Under the pieces are notes generated by a model. That model was not told where the DNA came from. It worked only from the letters and a program-made list of their open reading frames with translations, and did no database searches. The position numbers were made by a program, and so were the translations under genes. Shown here piece by piece: positions 52,522 through 64,000 of a stretch of 64,000 bases of DNA. The DNA is from Octopus vulgaris (Eukaryota), in contig OX597841.1 of NCBI GenBank assembly GCA_951406725.2, positions 20,088,001 to 20,152,000 of the forward strand. The letters are read 5' to 3'. Numbering within the stretch: position 1 is the stretch's first letter; every line of letters begins with the position of its first letter.

Positions 52522-53841
52522 GTAAACACTTGATTTGATCTTTTGTATGGTTGAACATCCCTATCTCTGATAGGGATGCTGTTAGTCTTGTTATAAACTA
52601 CTTTGTTGGCATCCCTCATCCCCTGCCCCAGCTTTGTTTCCTCATACCATTCTTAATAATGAAACTTTGCAGGAATACATCTTTTACTTGTTTCAGTCAT
52701 TGGACTGCAGCCATGCTGGGGCACCGCCTTGAAAGGTTTTAGTCTAACAAATCAATCCCAGTACTTAGTTTTTATTTTTAACCCTGGTGCATATTCTGTC
52801 AGTCACTTATGCCAAACCCCTAAGTTACAGGGATGTAAACAAACCAGCACTGATTGTCAAGTGATAGTAAGGGACAAACACACAGAACATCCACATTTAA
52901 TTAGGGATAAATTATACCCCTCTCTCTCTCTCTCTGTATGTATATATTTGTGCGTGTGTGAATATTTACATGTCTCCCTTTGCATAAAAAGCAGTATAGG
53001 CATTAATATTTGCTAACATTCCATGTTAACAAAACCCTCCTCTAGCTCTACACTTCAAAGACATTTGGAATAAAGAAAAGAAACCCTTACTTGATAAACA
53101 GGTGAGGGTTAGCAACAGGAAGGGGATCTGGCTGTAAAAAACACAATGCCTTAAATAACCTGCTCATCTGTTCCATTCAAACATGGAAAAACGGATGTAA
53201 AAAGAAAGACATCCCCCCCCCCATGTTTGGAAAGCAAGGCCTGTTGTTGTTGATTCAGTTAACTCCAGTGTTGTTGTTGTAATATTTATTGTACCAAAGT
53301 GTGTGGTTTAGTGGTTAGGGTATTTGGCTCACAATCCTAATGGCAAGAGTTTGATTCCTGGTGACACGTTGTGTCCTTGAGCAAGACACTTTATTTTACA
53401 CTACTTCAGTCCACTCAGTTGGCAAAAATGAGTGGTACCTGTATTTCAAAGGGCCATCCTTATCTTATTCTGTATCACACTGAATTTCCCTGAAAACTAC
53501 ATTAAGGTTACATGTCTGTGGAGTGCTCAGCCACTTGCATGTTAATTTCAGGAACAAGCTGTTCTGTTGATCAAATCAGCTGGAACCCCCAACTGCCAGT
53601 TCAATATTTATTTTTATCAACACAAGAGAAATGTAAAGTTTAGATAATTCCTTCAAACGTGGCTTTGCTTTACAGATGCTGTCCTACAACTGTTTAGATG
53701 AAAGACGGTTGCTTAATGATTCAAATAAGCAAACACACATTGTAAGGTTGTGTCTATCTTCAGTGGCACTTTTATTTCTGGTGCATGTCTTCCACACATT
53801 TGTTAAATCTCACTCTCTTGTCTTCTCTCTCTCTCTTTCAG

Positions 53842-53913
53842 AGTTTGTACAGAAAAGCGCTCCTTCTCAAAAAAGTCATAAACAAGACAAAAGGCAAGAA
53901 CATTTCACATGTG
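53842..53913 (+). CDS. ANAPC7: ANAPC7 coding exon 3
   Basis: SLYRKALLLKKVINKTKGKNISHV (cf. SKYTMALQQKKALSKT). Long polypyrimidine tract + cag, GTAAGT donor, 72 nt, phase 0. Confidence 0.88.
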
Positions 53914-54329
53914 GTAAGTAGAAGAGAATGCACACACACACACACACACACCATCATTTTACCAGCAACTTTTCTCTGTTTGCATGGACCATACAGAATT
54001 CAGTGAGACATTTCATATATATGTGGAGGCGCAATGGCCCAATGGTTAAAGCAGCAGACTTGCGGTCGGAGGATCGCGGTTTCGATTCCCAGACCAGGGC
54101 GTTGTGTGTGTTTATTGAGCGAAAACACCTAAAGCTCCACGAGGCTTTAGCAGGGGGTGGTGGCGGCCCCTGTTGTACTCTTTCACCCCAACTTTCTCTC
54201 ACTCTTTCTTCCTGTTTCTTGAGTAACACTGCGATGGGCTGGCATCCCGTCCAGCTGGAGGGAACAGATACACCATAGAAACTGAGAAACTGGGCCCATG
54301 AGCCTGGCTAGGCTTGAAAAGGGCGCATA

Positions 54330-54349
<20 letters not shown>

Positions 54350-54364
<15 letters not shown>

Positions 54365-55325
54365 TGAGAATGTGTGTCTGTCTGTGTGTTTCCCTAAAAC
54401 TTGAGAACTACACAACCAATTTCATTCAAATTTTACACATGACTTACTTAGGGTCCATGTAGTTTCATGGGTAAAAAAATGTTCAACTTCTTGCCTATGG
54501 CGAGCCCATAGCCATATCATATCTTCTCCACTATTTCAGTATTACGTGTTAAAAGTGAAACAAAAACATTTCTCTATTTTATGTCAGATGCTTTCACTTT
54601 AACAATAAAAATAATAATAACAATTGAATTATATGTAGTAAGTAATAATTAAAATCAAACTAAAGTATAATATAATCATAACATAACAAAAGTAAAAATA
54701 GCAATTGGTATAAAATTACATCAATGACTTGAACTTGAATAAGTGGTTTCACATGAATGGGAATAAAATAAAATTAATGCGCAGAAATGGAATAGTCCAT
54801 TAAATTAAAGAAAAGACTATTGTCTATAAAGTATACAATGTAGAGAAAAAAAAAGATTTGAACACCTGGAGGAAAGCACCATCAAAAAGTGTCTTGGTGC
54901 GACTATGAAAGATATCTAACTAGAGGCGGTAAATTCGCCACAATAGAAGCAAGGTTCGAGTCAACGGAGCGTGCAAGGGAGTACTCGACTCGAACCTTGC
55001 AAAGTGGAAATATTTTATTTTTACCTTTATATCTGGGACATCCTACGTCCCAGATAAAAATTTAAAATGTCCCACAGAAGTAGAGGTAGGCTGGATTGTA
55101 GCCACACTTCTATACAAGAGGGGGGAAAGATACAATTGATTGAAATTGCAAGAGACGGGCCTACAATTCCAGTCTGTTATATATTTTGAGTATTGTTATT
55201 ACTAGCGATATCAAGATATAACATTGTATTTTATGTGTAGATATATATATATAGATGTACACATATATATACACATATATGCATGCACTAGCCCTATGAC
55301 CCGGCAATGCTGGGTCATAATGCTA

Positions 55326-55326
<1 letters not shown>
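54350..55326 (+). mobile_element. Non-autonomous Helitron
   Basis: 5' (TA)nAAACTGAGAATGTGTGTCTGTCTG; 3' hairpin GACCCGGCAATGCTGGGTC then CTAG|T. Near-identical inverted copy at 26431-27868. Confidence 0.8.
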
Positions 55327-55359
<33 letters not shown>

Positions 55360-55455
55360 ACTTTGAGTTTCTGTCTTCCATATTATCAATGCTCTAGGCA
55401 CAGTTGTGGCTGAGTAGTAAGATGTTTGTTTTCCAACCACATGGTTATTTATGTA

Positions 55456-55496
<41 letters not shown>

Positions 55497-56924
55497 CGTT
55501 ATATAATTAGGGTTCAGTAAAATAATTTACTTTACCACACACCGAACTTTTAGAAATAGCAGCCAAAAAATCTCGGCTATTTCTTCTACTATAAGAAAAA
55601 TCTCCCAGTGCATGTGTCTATATCTCATTTGTCTTGATATCACGTGAGAGCTGTAATTAATTGAATAATTGTCATACAAGTGATGTGCTTCATTTCCGGT
55701 ATTCTGCAAGAACATATCTGGCCAGGTGGAAATATAACCATAGTTCCAAACTCATGAGGGTGGGGAACAGGGGCATCCAGCCATAGAAAATCTGCCCCAA
55801 ATAAACTTCACCTGACCCATGCAGTCACGAAAAAGTTAAGATGTTGATAATGGATTTGTCAAAATCCTGAAATTGTATTAATTGAAAACACTAAAGGTGG
55901 GCATCAACTTGAGTCTATCCAAATTCCACTGCTTTCTTCATTCATTCCTGATATTCCAGTGTAGGGAACTGATTCATCTCAGTTGTAATTCCAGCAAACA
56001 ACAGATTTTTATTTGGCCAGATGGCTGTTCACTACATTAGTGATTGTTTTCCTGTATATATATATATCAGTGGTGGCAAATTATATCTGCTTATCAAAAT
56101 GTCACTGGTACATGCTACTGAAAGCACTTAATGATGCAGAAATTTCTCTGGTCTTCTCACTAGCCACTGCTGGAAGAGATATTTGTGTGTGTTGTGTATA
56201 TATATATGTCTATCATTGTTTGAATTGCATAATAGTGGTTATATTTTATATATATATCATCATCATCATCGTTTAACGTCCGTTTTCCGCGCTAGCACGG
56301 GTTGGACGGTTCGACCGGGGTCTGGGAAGCCAGGGGCCGCTCCAGGCTCCAGTCTGATTCTGGCAGAGTTTCTACGGCTGGATGCCCTTCCTAACGCCAA
56401 CCACTCCGTGAGTGGATTGGGTGCTTTTTACGTGCCACCTGCACAGGGGCCGGGGGGTCCGGCATCGGTCACGATCGGTTCGAGAATATAACCACTATTA
56501 TGCAATTCAAACAATGATAGACATAAACCAAAATATAAATAACAAATAAAATAGATTTTTATAAAACATAACTAGATTACAAAAAGTATAAATAATATAT
56601 AATAATTAATATTATTAATTATATATTGATTATTTATACTTTTTGTGATCTAGTTATGTGGTTTATAAAAATATATTTTGGTTTATGTCTATCACTGTTA
56701 GAATTGCATAATAGTGGTTTTTCTCTCTAATTTATATTTTATATATTTATATTGTGACATTTGATTTAATACTAAATTGAATTTTTCCCTGTAAGTTCCC
56801 TGTAACTCTGATATTATTATTATTATTATTAATGATATATATATATGTGTGTGTATGAATGTATGTGTATATATACGTATGTGTGTATATATGCACATGT
56901 ATATATATTTATGTGTGTGTATCA

Positions 56925-58497
56925 TCACCATCATTTAACATTTGTTTTCCATACTGGCATGGGTTGGACGGTTTGACTGGGGTCTTGGAAGCCAGGTGGC
57001 TGCACCAGGCCCCAATCTGATCCAGCAGTGTTTCTACAGCTGGATACCTTTCCTTATGCCAACCACTCTGAGAGTGTAGTGACCATACCAGTGCAGACGT
57101 CTCTCTTGCACACCACATCCGATGCTTCTTATGTCCAACATTTCTCTCAGGGCGCTTACACTCTTGTGTGTGCACACTAACATTACACATCCAGCGGATC
57201 ATGCTAGCTTCATTTCTTTCAAGCTTTTTACGTGCCACCTGCACAGGGGCCAAAGGAGGCTGGAATCAACCACATTTGGATGGTGCTTTTACATGCCCCT
57301 GGCACTGGCATCAACCACGTTCGGATGGTACTTTTTATGTGCCACTGGCACAGGAGCCAGTCAGGGCGAGGGGGCTGTCATCAACCATGTTTGGATGGTG
57401 TTTTTTTTAATGTTCCACTGGCACGGGGAACCAGGCAGGCAGTGCTAGCATCAAGCACAATTACAATTTCCATTTGATTTGATGTTGATGATGTACTTGA
57501 CTCAATAGGTCTCCTCAAGTACGGCATGTCACCCTACGATCCAAAGGTACTTTTTGAGTGGGCTGGTTATGTGACATTTCTCTCAGGGCACTTACACTCT
57601 GTCGTATGTGCACACTAACATTACACAGACAGTGGATCATGCTAGCTTCATTTCTTTCAAGCCTATGCATGTCTTTAGCAGTCACGGCCCATGTTTCACT
57701 GGCAGTTCGCACACAAGGCCCATGTTTCACTGGTAGTTCACACACATACATTGTACAATCTACCTTTCACTCTGAGTAAGAGGCCCTTTGTTACCAGTAG
57801 GGTAGGAGCTTTATGAACTTTGCCCAGGCTATTCTTATTCTAGTGGTAATGCTCTCTGAGCATCCACTACAGACTTGGTCGCATAGGTAGCAGAAGCTAT
57901 CAACTACTTTTAGTTTCTCCCCCTGGCATGTGATGGAGTCTGTTTTCTGAGCATCTGTGGTGTTTATTGCCCCTATGCATCTGCTGCACATGAAAGCTAT
58001 CTTCCTAGTTAATCTTCCTTTGATGTTGCTGCACCTCTTCTGTGTCCATTGCTTACACTGGGTACATCTTATAGAGTTTCTACCTATGCCTTTTCTACAG
58101 ATCGAGCAGGGCCACCTACCTGAAGGGGTGTGTGATGTGTTCGCCTTCCTACTTACTAGGACTTTGGTTTTTGCAACATTGACTTTAAGGCCCTTCAATT
58201 CTAAACCTAGCTTCCACACCCGAAATTTCTTTTCTAGTTCCGGCAGTGATTCTGCTATGAGGACCAGGTCATCAGCATAGAGGAGCTCCCAGGGGCAACC
58301 CATCTTGAATTCCTCTGTCATTGCCTGGATGAGTGTGATGAATAAGAGGGGCTGAGGGCTGATCCTTGGTGGACCACCTACTTCTACCCGGAATTCTTCA
58401 CTATACTCATTGCCAACCCTAACCTTACTAACGGCATCTCTGCATAGGGCCTGTACAGCCTTTATTAACCATTCATCAATCCCTAGTTTCCACACCG
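56925..58497 (-). mobile_element. Rearranged RTE LINE fragment
   Basis: ORF 57791-58495 with CPWELLYADDLVL and the zinc-finger insert. RT 3' pieces are interleaved with 3' UTR. Confidence 0.9.
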
Positions 58498-58802
58498 CCC
58501 ACCATAGCTATATGTGTGTGTGTATGTATATAGCTATATATATGTGTGTATATTTATATATATATATATATACACACACACAACCACATGCATGTCTATA
58601 TATGACCAAATTTACATTTGTTTTTATTAGAAGCGCTTTAATGTGAATTTTGCGATATAAACAAGGTGATATTTTTTTCAAATGTAGCAGTCATGGCTGT
58701 TTGTTGACAACTTTTTCCACTTTGTAAGGGGAATTGACCCATTGTTTCTGTTGTTCAAATGGCATTGTTGCATTTGAAAAAAGATATCACCTTGTTTGTA
58801 TC

Positions 58803-58833
<31 letters not shown>

Positions 58834-59250
58834 AATTAAGAAGTATTATTTCCATTATTTATAGTAATGATAAGGTGGCTAGCAAGTTCACATCTTTGCA
58901 GGCGCAATATAAAGTAATTTAAGATTAAGTAGGGTATATAATACCACTTGCTAAAATCAGAGCCTTTGCTCCAAAAATTACAATAAAGATATACACAAGC
59001 AATGCAATGGCTCTGATTTTAGCAAGTGGTATTATATACCCTACTTAATCTTAAATTACTTTATATTGTGCCTGTAAAAGTGTGAATTTGTTAGCCACCT
59101 TATCATTACTATAAATAACAGTAATAATACTTCTTTATTAAAATTTTTCTTGTTTACAAAAGTTTCTTTTAAACGGAGCAGGACGTTTAAAATAAGGAAC
59201 AGACATGAGCTAATGTAGTGAATATTTTAGAAATAGATGTTAGATGTTAT

Positions 59251-59312
59251 TTTCAACTGAAGATCACAGAGCATGTTTGTCATGCAAAGCGTGACATCAA
59301 TTGGTATTGAAA
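59251..59312 (+). ncRNA. Decayed type I hammerhead motif
   Basis: TTTCAA-CTGAAGA-...GCATG..CATGC...-GACA-TCAATTGG-TA-TTGAAA. Confidence 0.5.
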
Positions 59313-60307
59313 TATGCATTCCTATTCAAAGCAAAGGTAAACCTATTTCTCATATGTCCATTGCATTGCTCGTGTGTGTATCTTTATTGTGAGTTTCTGG
59401 TGGTTTTGGAGTGTTGGCTCTGAATTTAGCAAGTGGTATTATATACCCTACTTAATTTTTTATATATGTGTGTATATATACTTTATTTAAAGCAGCAGAA
59501 AATTCAACAAAACCTGTTACTCTGAGTTTCCTGTTGATTTTTCTGCTGCTTTAAATCAAGCATATTACTCTACCACTGGTATTTGAGTACTCTTTTTCCC
59601 ACCTTGTTTCACATTGATGTGTTTACTCCGGTATATATATATATATGTATGTATATATATATGTATATATTAGTATATGTATATGTATATATCAGTATAT
59701 GTATATATATGTATATATAGATGTATATATGTATATATACACATATATATATAAATGGATGAATGAATTATCCTTTATTTACCGTTAACATGGAAAACTC
59801 AATAAACAGTTACCACGGTAGCAAAATTCACGCAAGTAACAAGGATGTAGTGACCTATTCAAAGGTAGAGACTCCGGGTTAATGTGCAGTAATTTGTGTA
59901 GTATAAGTAAATAAATGGAGTTGAACAAAGATGTTATTAAAATTCTTTTACTTTCGACATATGTTTCGAAGACAACATTGGTTTTATTCCAAAGGAATAA
60001 ACGGTGTAAAACTGGCAAAATCACCTATAAGTGATTTTGCCAGTCTTTATACTTTGAACAGTTAGTTTAACTTGCACTTTACTTCAATAGAGAAATCTAT
60101 TTCCAAGCCTTTGAACATTTTTTTCAACCAATATATCCCTCTTTATTTGTTCCCTACTTATTATCCCTTTAACCCTTCTCTTCCTACTATCTGCCTTTGA
60201 CGTTGGATCTACTAACGGTTTTTTAAAATACTTAATAACGTTCTGTTTATCATTTATGCACTCATCGAAATTGTTATAATGTCTTGTTGTTGAGATAGGT
60301 TGTCTTT

Positions 60308-60390
60308 CTTTCCTGATGAGAAGATTGTATTTTACACTGTTTATTCCTTTGGAATAAAACTAATGTTGTCTTCAAAACATATGTCGAAAG
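60308..60390 (+). ncRNA. Type I hammerhead motif (GAAA mutated to AAAA)
   Basis: CTTTC-CTGATGA-GAAGAT...GTCTTC-AAAA-CATATG-TC-GAAAG. The inverted arm at ~59951-59973 retains GAAA. Confidence 0.7.
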
Positions 60391-60433
60391 TAAAAGGATT
60401 TGAACAGCATCTGCATTCAACTCCATTTATTTA

Positions 60434-60474
<41 letters not shown>

Positions 60475-60477
<3 letters not shown>

Positions 60478-61195
60478 GAGAGATGTGTGAAGAAGTGCCA
60501 CTCCTAAACAGTTGGAGGAATCCGGGGTAGAGGTAGACCCAGGAAGACATTGAATGAGGTGGTCAAGCATGACCTTCGAACATTGGGTGTTACAGAGGCA
60601 ATGACAAAAGACCGAGACCTGTGGAGATATGCTGTGACTGCGAAGACCCGACAAATAATGTGAATTCATGGCTGTTTCCTGCACCAGCTTCACATAGAAG
60701 CCCCAGTCCATCCAAAGTACCTTGGATTGCAGGACGGCCTGCTGTGCTTACCTGGGATCATAGGGCCTCCTGCTGTGCTTGAGGAGACCCATTGAGGCAA
60801 GTGCATCACCATCAACATCAAAAAATCAAATGGAAATAGTAGTTGTGATCCCTGTGCTGGTGGCATGTAAGATGCACCATCCATACGTGGCTGATGCCAG
60901 TGCCACCTTGACTAGCTTCCATGCCAGTAAAAAGCACCAACTGATCGTGGCCGTTGCCAGCCTCCCCTGGCACGTAAAAGGCACCATCTGTATGGCTGGC
61001 TTCCATGCCGGTGGCACGTAAAAGGCACCCACTACACTCATGGAGTGGTTGGCGATAGGAAGGGCATCCAGCTGTAGAAACTCTGCCAGATCAGACTGGA
61101 GCCTGGGGCATCCTCCTGGCTTCCCAGTCCCCGGTTGAACCGTCCAACCCATGCTAGCATGGAGAACGGACGTTAAACGACGTTGATGATGATGT
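60475..61195 (+). mobile_element. RTE LINE 3' end
   Basis: RGRGRPRKT-coding remnant followed by the family 3' UTR and gacgttaaacgacgttgatgatgat tail. Confidence 0.85.
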
Positions 61196-61221
61196 ATATA
61201 TATATATGTGTGTGTGTGTCT

Positions 61222-61252
<31 letters not shown>

Positions 61253-62024
61253 TCTGTGTGTGTTTGTATCTATATATATATATATATATATTATTTAAGA
61301 ACAGTTTGCTTCAATTCCATGCAATTTGGTTTCTGAGGATCATCTGTTTGCTTTGTTTGCTTTGCCTATGAAAGAAACTTTAGGTTGCATGGAGTTGAAT
61401 CAATCTGTTATTTCAATAATATATGTAAATCCTCCCAAATGTGTTGACTGACACTTTCTTTCATTTATCCACTCACTCGTTTATATTTACTCTTTACTCT
61501 TTTACTCGTTTCAGTCATTTGACTGCGGCCATGCTGGAGCACCGCCTTTTTAGTCGAGCAAATCGACCCCGGGACTTATTCTTTTGTAAGCCCAGTACTT
61601 ATTCTATCGGTTACTTTTTTTTGCCGAACCGCTAAGTGACGGGGACGTAAACACACCAGCATCGGTTGTCAAGCAATGCTAGGGGGACAAACACAGACAC
61701 ACAAACACACACACATACATACATACATATACATACATATATACGACGGGCTTCTTTCAGTTTCCGTCTACCAAATCCACTCACAAGGCATTGGTCGGCC
61801 CGGGGCTATAGCAGAAGACACTTTCTTTCATTTATCCACTCACTCGTTTATATATATATATATATATATATAATGTATGCACGTAATTAAAACCTCTGCA
61901 TATGTTGTTATGTGGAAAGCATATTGAGAGCTGCAATCTGCACTCATTCCTAAATATCCTCTGCATCTTCCTCCTCCTGCCGCTCCATTAGCTTTGTAAT
62001 GTATTTGTTTCTCTCCTTTTCTAG

Positions 62025-62108
62025 GAAATCACCTCAGAAGTTGAGGTTAAGTACAAGATCCACCTGTGTCACTGCCAGTTAAAACAGTACAAAGAAGCTA
62101 TCAATGTG
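62025..62108 (+). CDS. ANAPC7: ANAPC7 coding exon 4
   Basis: EITSEVEVKYKIHLCHCQLKQYKEAINV (cf. SEIEVKYKMAECYTMLKQDKDAIAI). ttttctag/GTAAGT, 84 nt, phase 0. Gene continues past the window. Confidence 0.92.
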
Positions 62109-63443
62109 GTAAGTATGAGCTGGTTTCTGTCGTCTTGTTGTTTACCCCTGGTCCCACATATGAACAGAGTTATTCCAGCTGTGAAGGGCTCCGTCTTTTA
62201 TTGGCAAAACATTGTATAACAAAATTTTAAGATTTTTGTGTCTTTGGTCAGTAAGTGTTATTTCCTGTTTGCTTCTATCTAGAGATCAAAGGAAATGACC
62301 CCTGTTCCCTTCAGACTTTTGTCACCTGGACATCAATGTTTTGAAGCTGACCTATTTTCCATTACATTTCAGACTGATTCAGTACTGAGTTGCTGAAGCA
62401 GAAATATCGTTATGGCAAATCTTCTGCTCAATACCACAGATTTGCTGGTCAGTTGCTTGATCTTAACCCCTCAAGCAATGTCTCTCAGTGGCTGACAATA
62501 TATGCATTTCTGATGATGAGCAGGAGTAGTGGTGGAGCATGATAGCCATGTGTTGAGAGGGATTCTTTAGAGTTTGAATAAATGTAACAAAAGCAAAAGT
62601 TTGAGGGAGATCTTAGCCATTTTCCTTACTTTCTATGAGTAAGCAAATAACAGTTGTTGCCCAAAGACAAAAATAGTATTTCACAGTGAAATGCTTCTAG
62701 GTCTGATGTTCTTTCTTTGTTGTCATTTAGCCTCATGTTGGTTTTCATCCAACAGACCTACAAACAAGGCCGTCCCACGTGTGACCATCTCTTCTTTTGT
62801 TTGGGTAGACTGTGTCTAGGACTACATTATCTAATGTATATTTTGTTGTTGTTGTAAATCCCCATGCAACAGCCCTATGAACAAAGGTGTCCCAGCTGTA
62901 ACCATACCTTTTGTTTAGGTATTGGCTACCTAGGACTACATTATCTAATATGTCCTTTATTATTATGAAGTCCCATGGTAATCCTGATCCAGCGGAATAG
63001 TGTATCTAGGATGAACATTATCCAATGTTTACTTTTGTTTGTTATTTTCTAAGACAGTTGCTCTGTTATGGTTTAAGGGAGATTTAGCTGCTGTTCCTAG
63101 GAGGCTAAGTGACAACAAAGAAGCATCGTCATTGACCATTGGCGTTGTTTAGTAATTCCCGGTCCAGCAAACCTAAGATTAAAGATGTTTCAGCTCCGGC
63201 CATTTTCTTCTTTTTCTTATCAAAATTTATCAGAACATCGTATTTTGTAAGATTGTGTGTAGACATAGATCCTTTTATTAGTTTACTTGTCTCAGACATT
63301 TGACTGCGGCCATGCTGGAGCACCGCCTTCAAGAGCTTTAAGTTGAACAAATCAACCCAAGGACTATTTTGCTGAACCACTAAGTTATGGAGCACCTGTT
63401 GTCAAGTGGTGATGGGAGAGACAAACACAGATATATACATACA

Positions 63444-63490
<47 letters not shown>

Positions 63491-63712
63491 CAGGCTTCTT
63501 TCACTTTCTATCTACCATGTCCATTCACAAGGCTTTGGTAAGCCCGAAGGTTATAGTAAGAGACACTTGCCCAAGGTGTCACACAGTGGCACTGAACCTG
63601 GAACCATGTGGTTAGGAAGCATGCTTCTTACCACATAGCTACGTCTGCACCTTTGTGTGTGTGTGTGTATATATATATAATCAAAATAAGCAACAAGAAT
63701 GACTCCGGTAAT

Positions 63713-63798
63713 TTGGTACGATCGTTTCGTACTACATCATTTTATTAAATGTTGTAAGTATTACAACAGATTTAAGATGCTGAGTACTCATCAGCCAA
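63713..63798 (-). ncRNA. Type I hammerhead ribozyme, intact core
   Basis: Minus strand: TTGG-CTGATGA-GTAC-(long stem-loop)-GTAC-GAAA-CGATCG-TA-CCAA. Confidence 0.85.
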
Positions 63799-64000
63799 TT
63801 ATAGAGGTTTTCCATTAATACAAAAATTTTCCAATCAAGTGACAACATTATAGAGAAGGTAGATATATAGCCCTCTATTATAGCCTTGAGCCAATCAAAG
63901 CTTTGTGAGTGGATTTGATAAATGGAAACTGAAAGAAGTCCGTTGTGTATATATATATATCATATAAAAAGCACCATCCGAGCGTTGCCGAAGCCAACGC

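Overview
Eukaryotic, AT-rich, microsatellite- and SINE-dense genomic DNA; the repeat families look cephalopod (Octopus-like), which is an inference. Almost all ORFs in the supplied track are spurious microsatellite or SINE translations. Two intron-rich genes lie head-to-head. PTRH2/Pth2 is on the minus strand (4 coding exons found, 32794 to 7286; last exon not located). ANAPC7/APC7 is on the plus strand (first 4 coding exons, 48986-62108; continues beyond the window). The rest is decayed mariner, RTE and CR1-type LINE fragments, non-autonomous Helitrons, TTAA MITEs and tRNA-derived SINEs. The most striking signal is RNA-structural. About a dozen unrelated short Penelope/retrozyme-like elements, mostly inserted in (TA)n tracts, carry minimal hammerhead-ribozyme (HHR) motifs. 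One family (4 copies: ~345, ~1310, ~2986, ~17966) has all HHR core nucleotides and covarying stems, but its three strands occur in a scrambled order that can only fold as a pseudoknot. This is a candidate undescribed hammerhead topology. All folds were read by eye and no activity is demonstrated.
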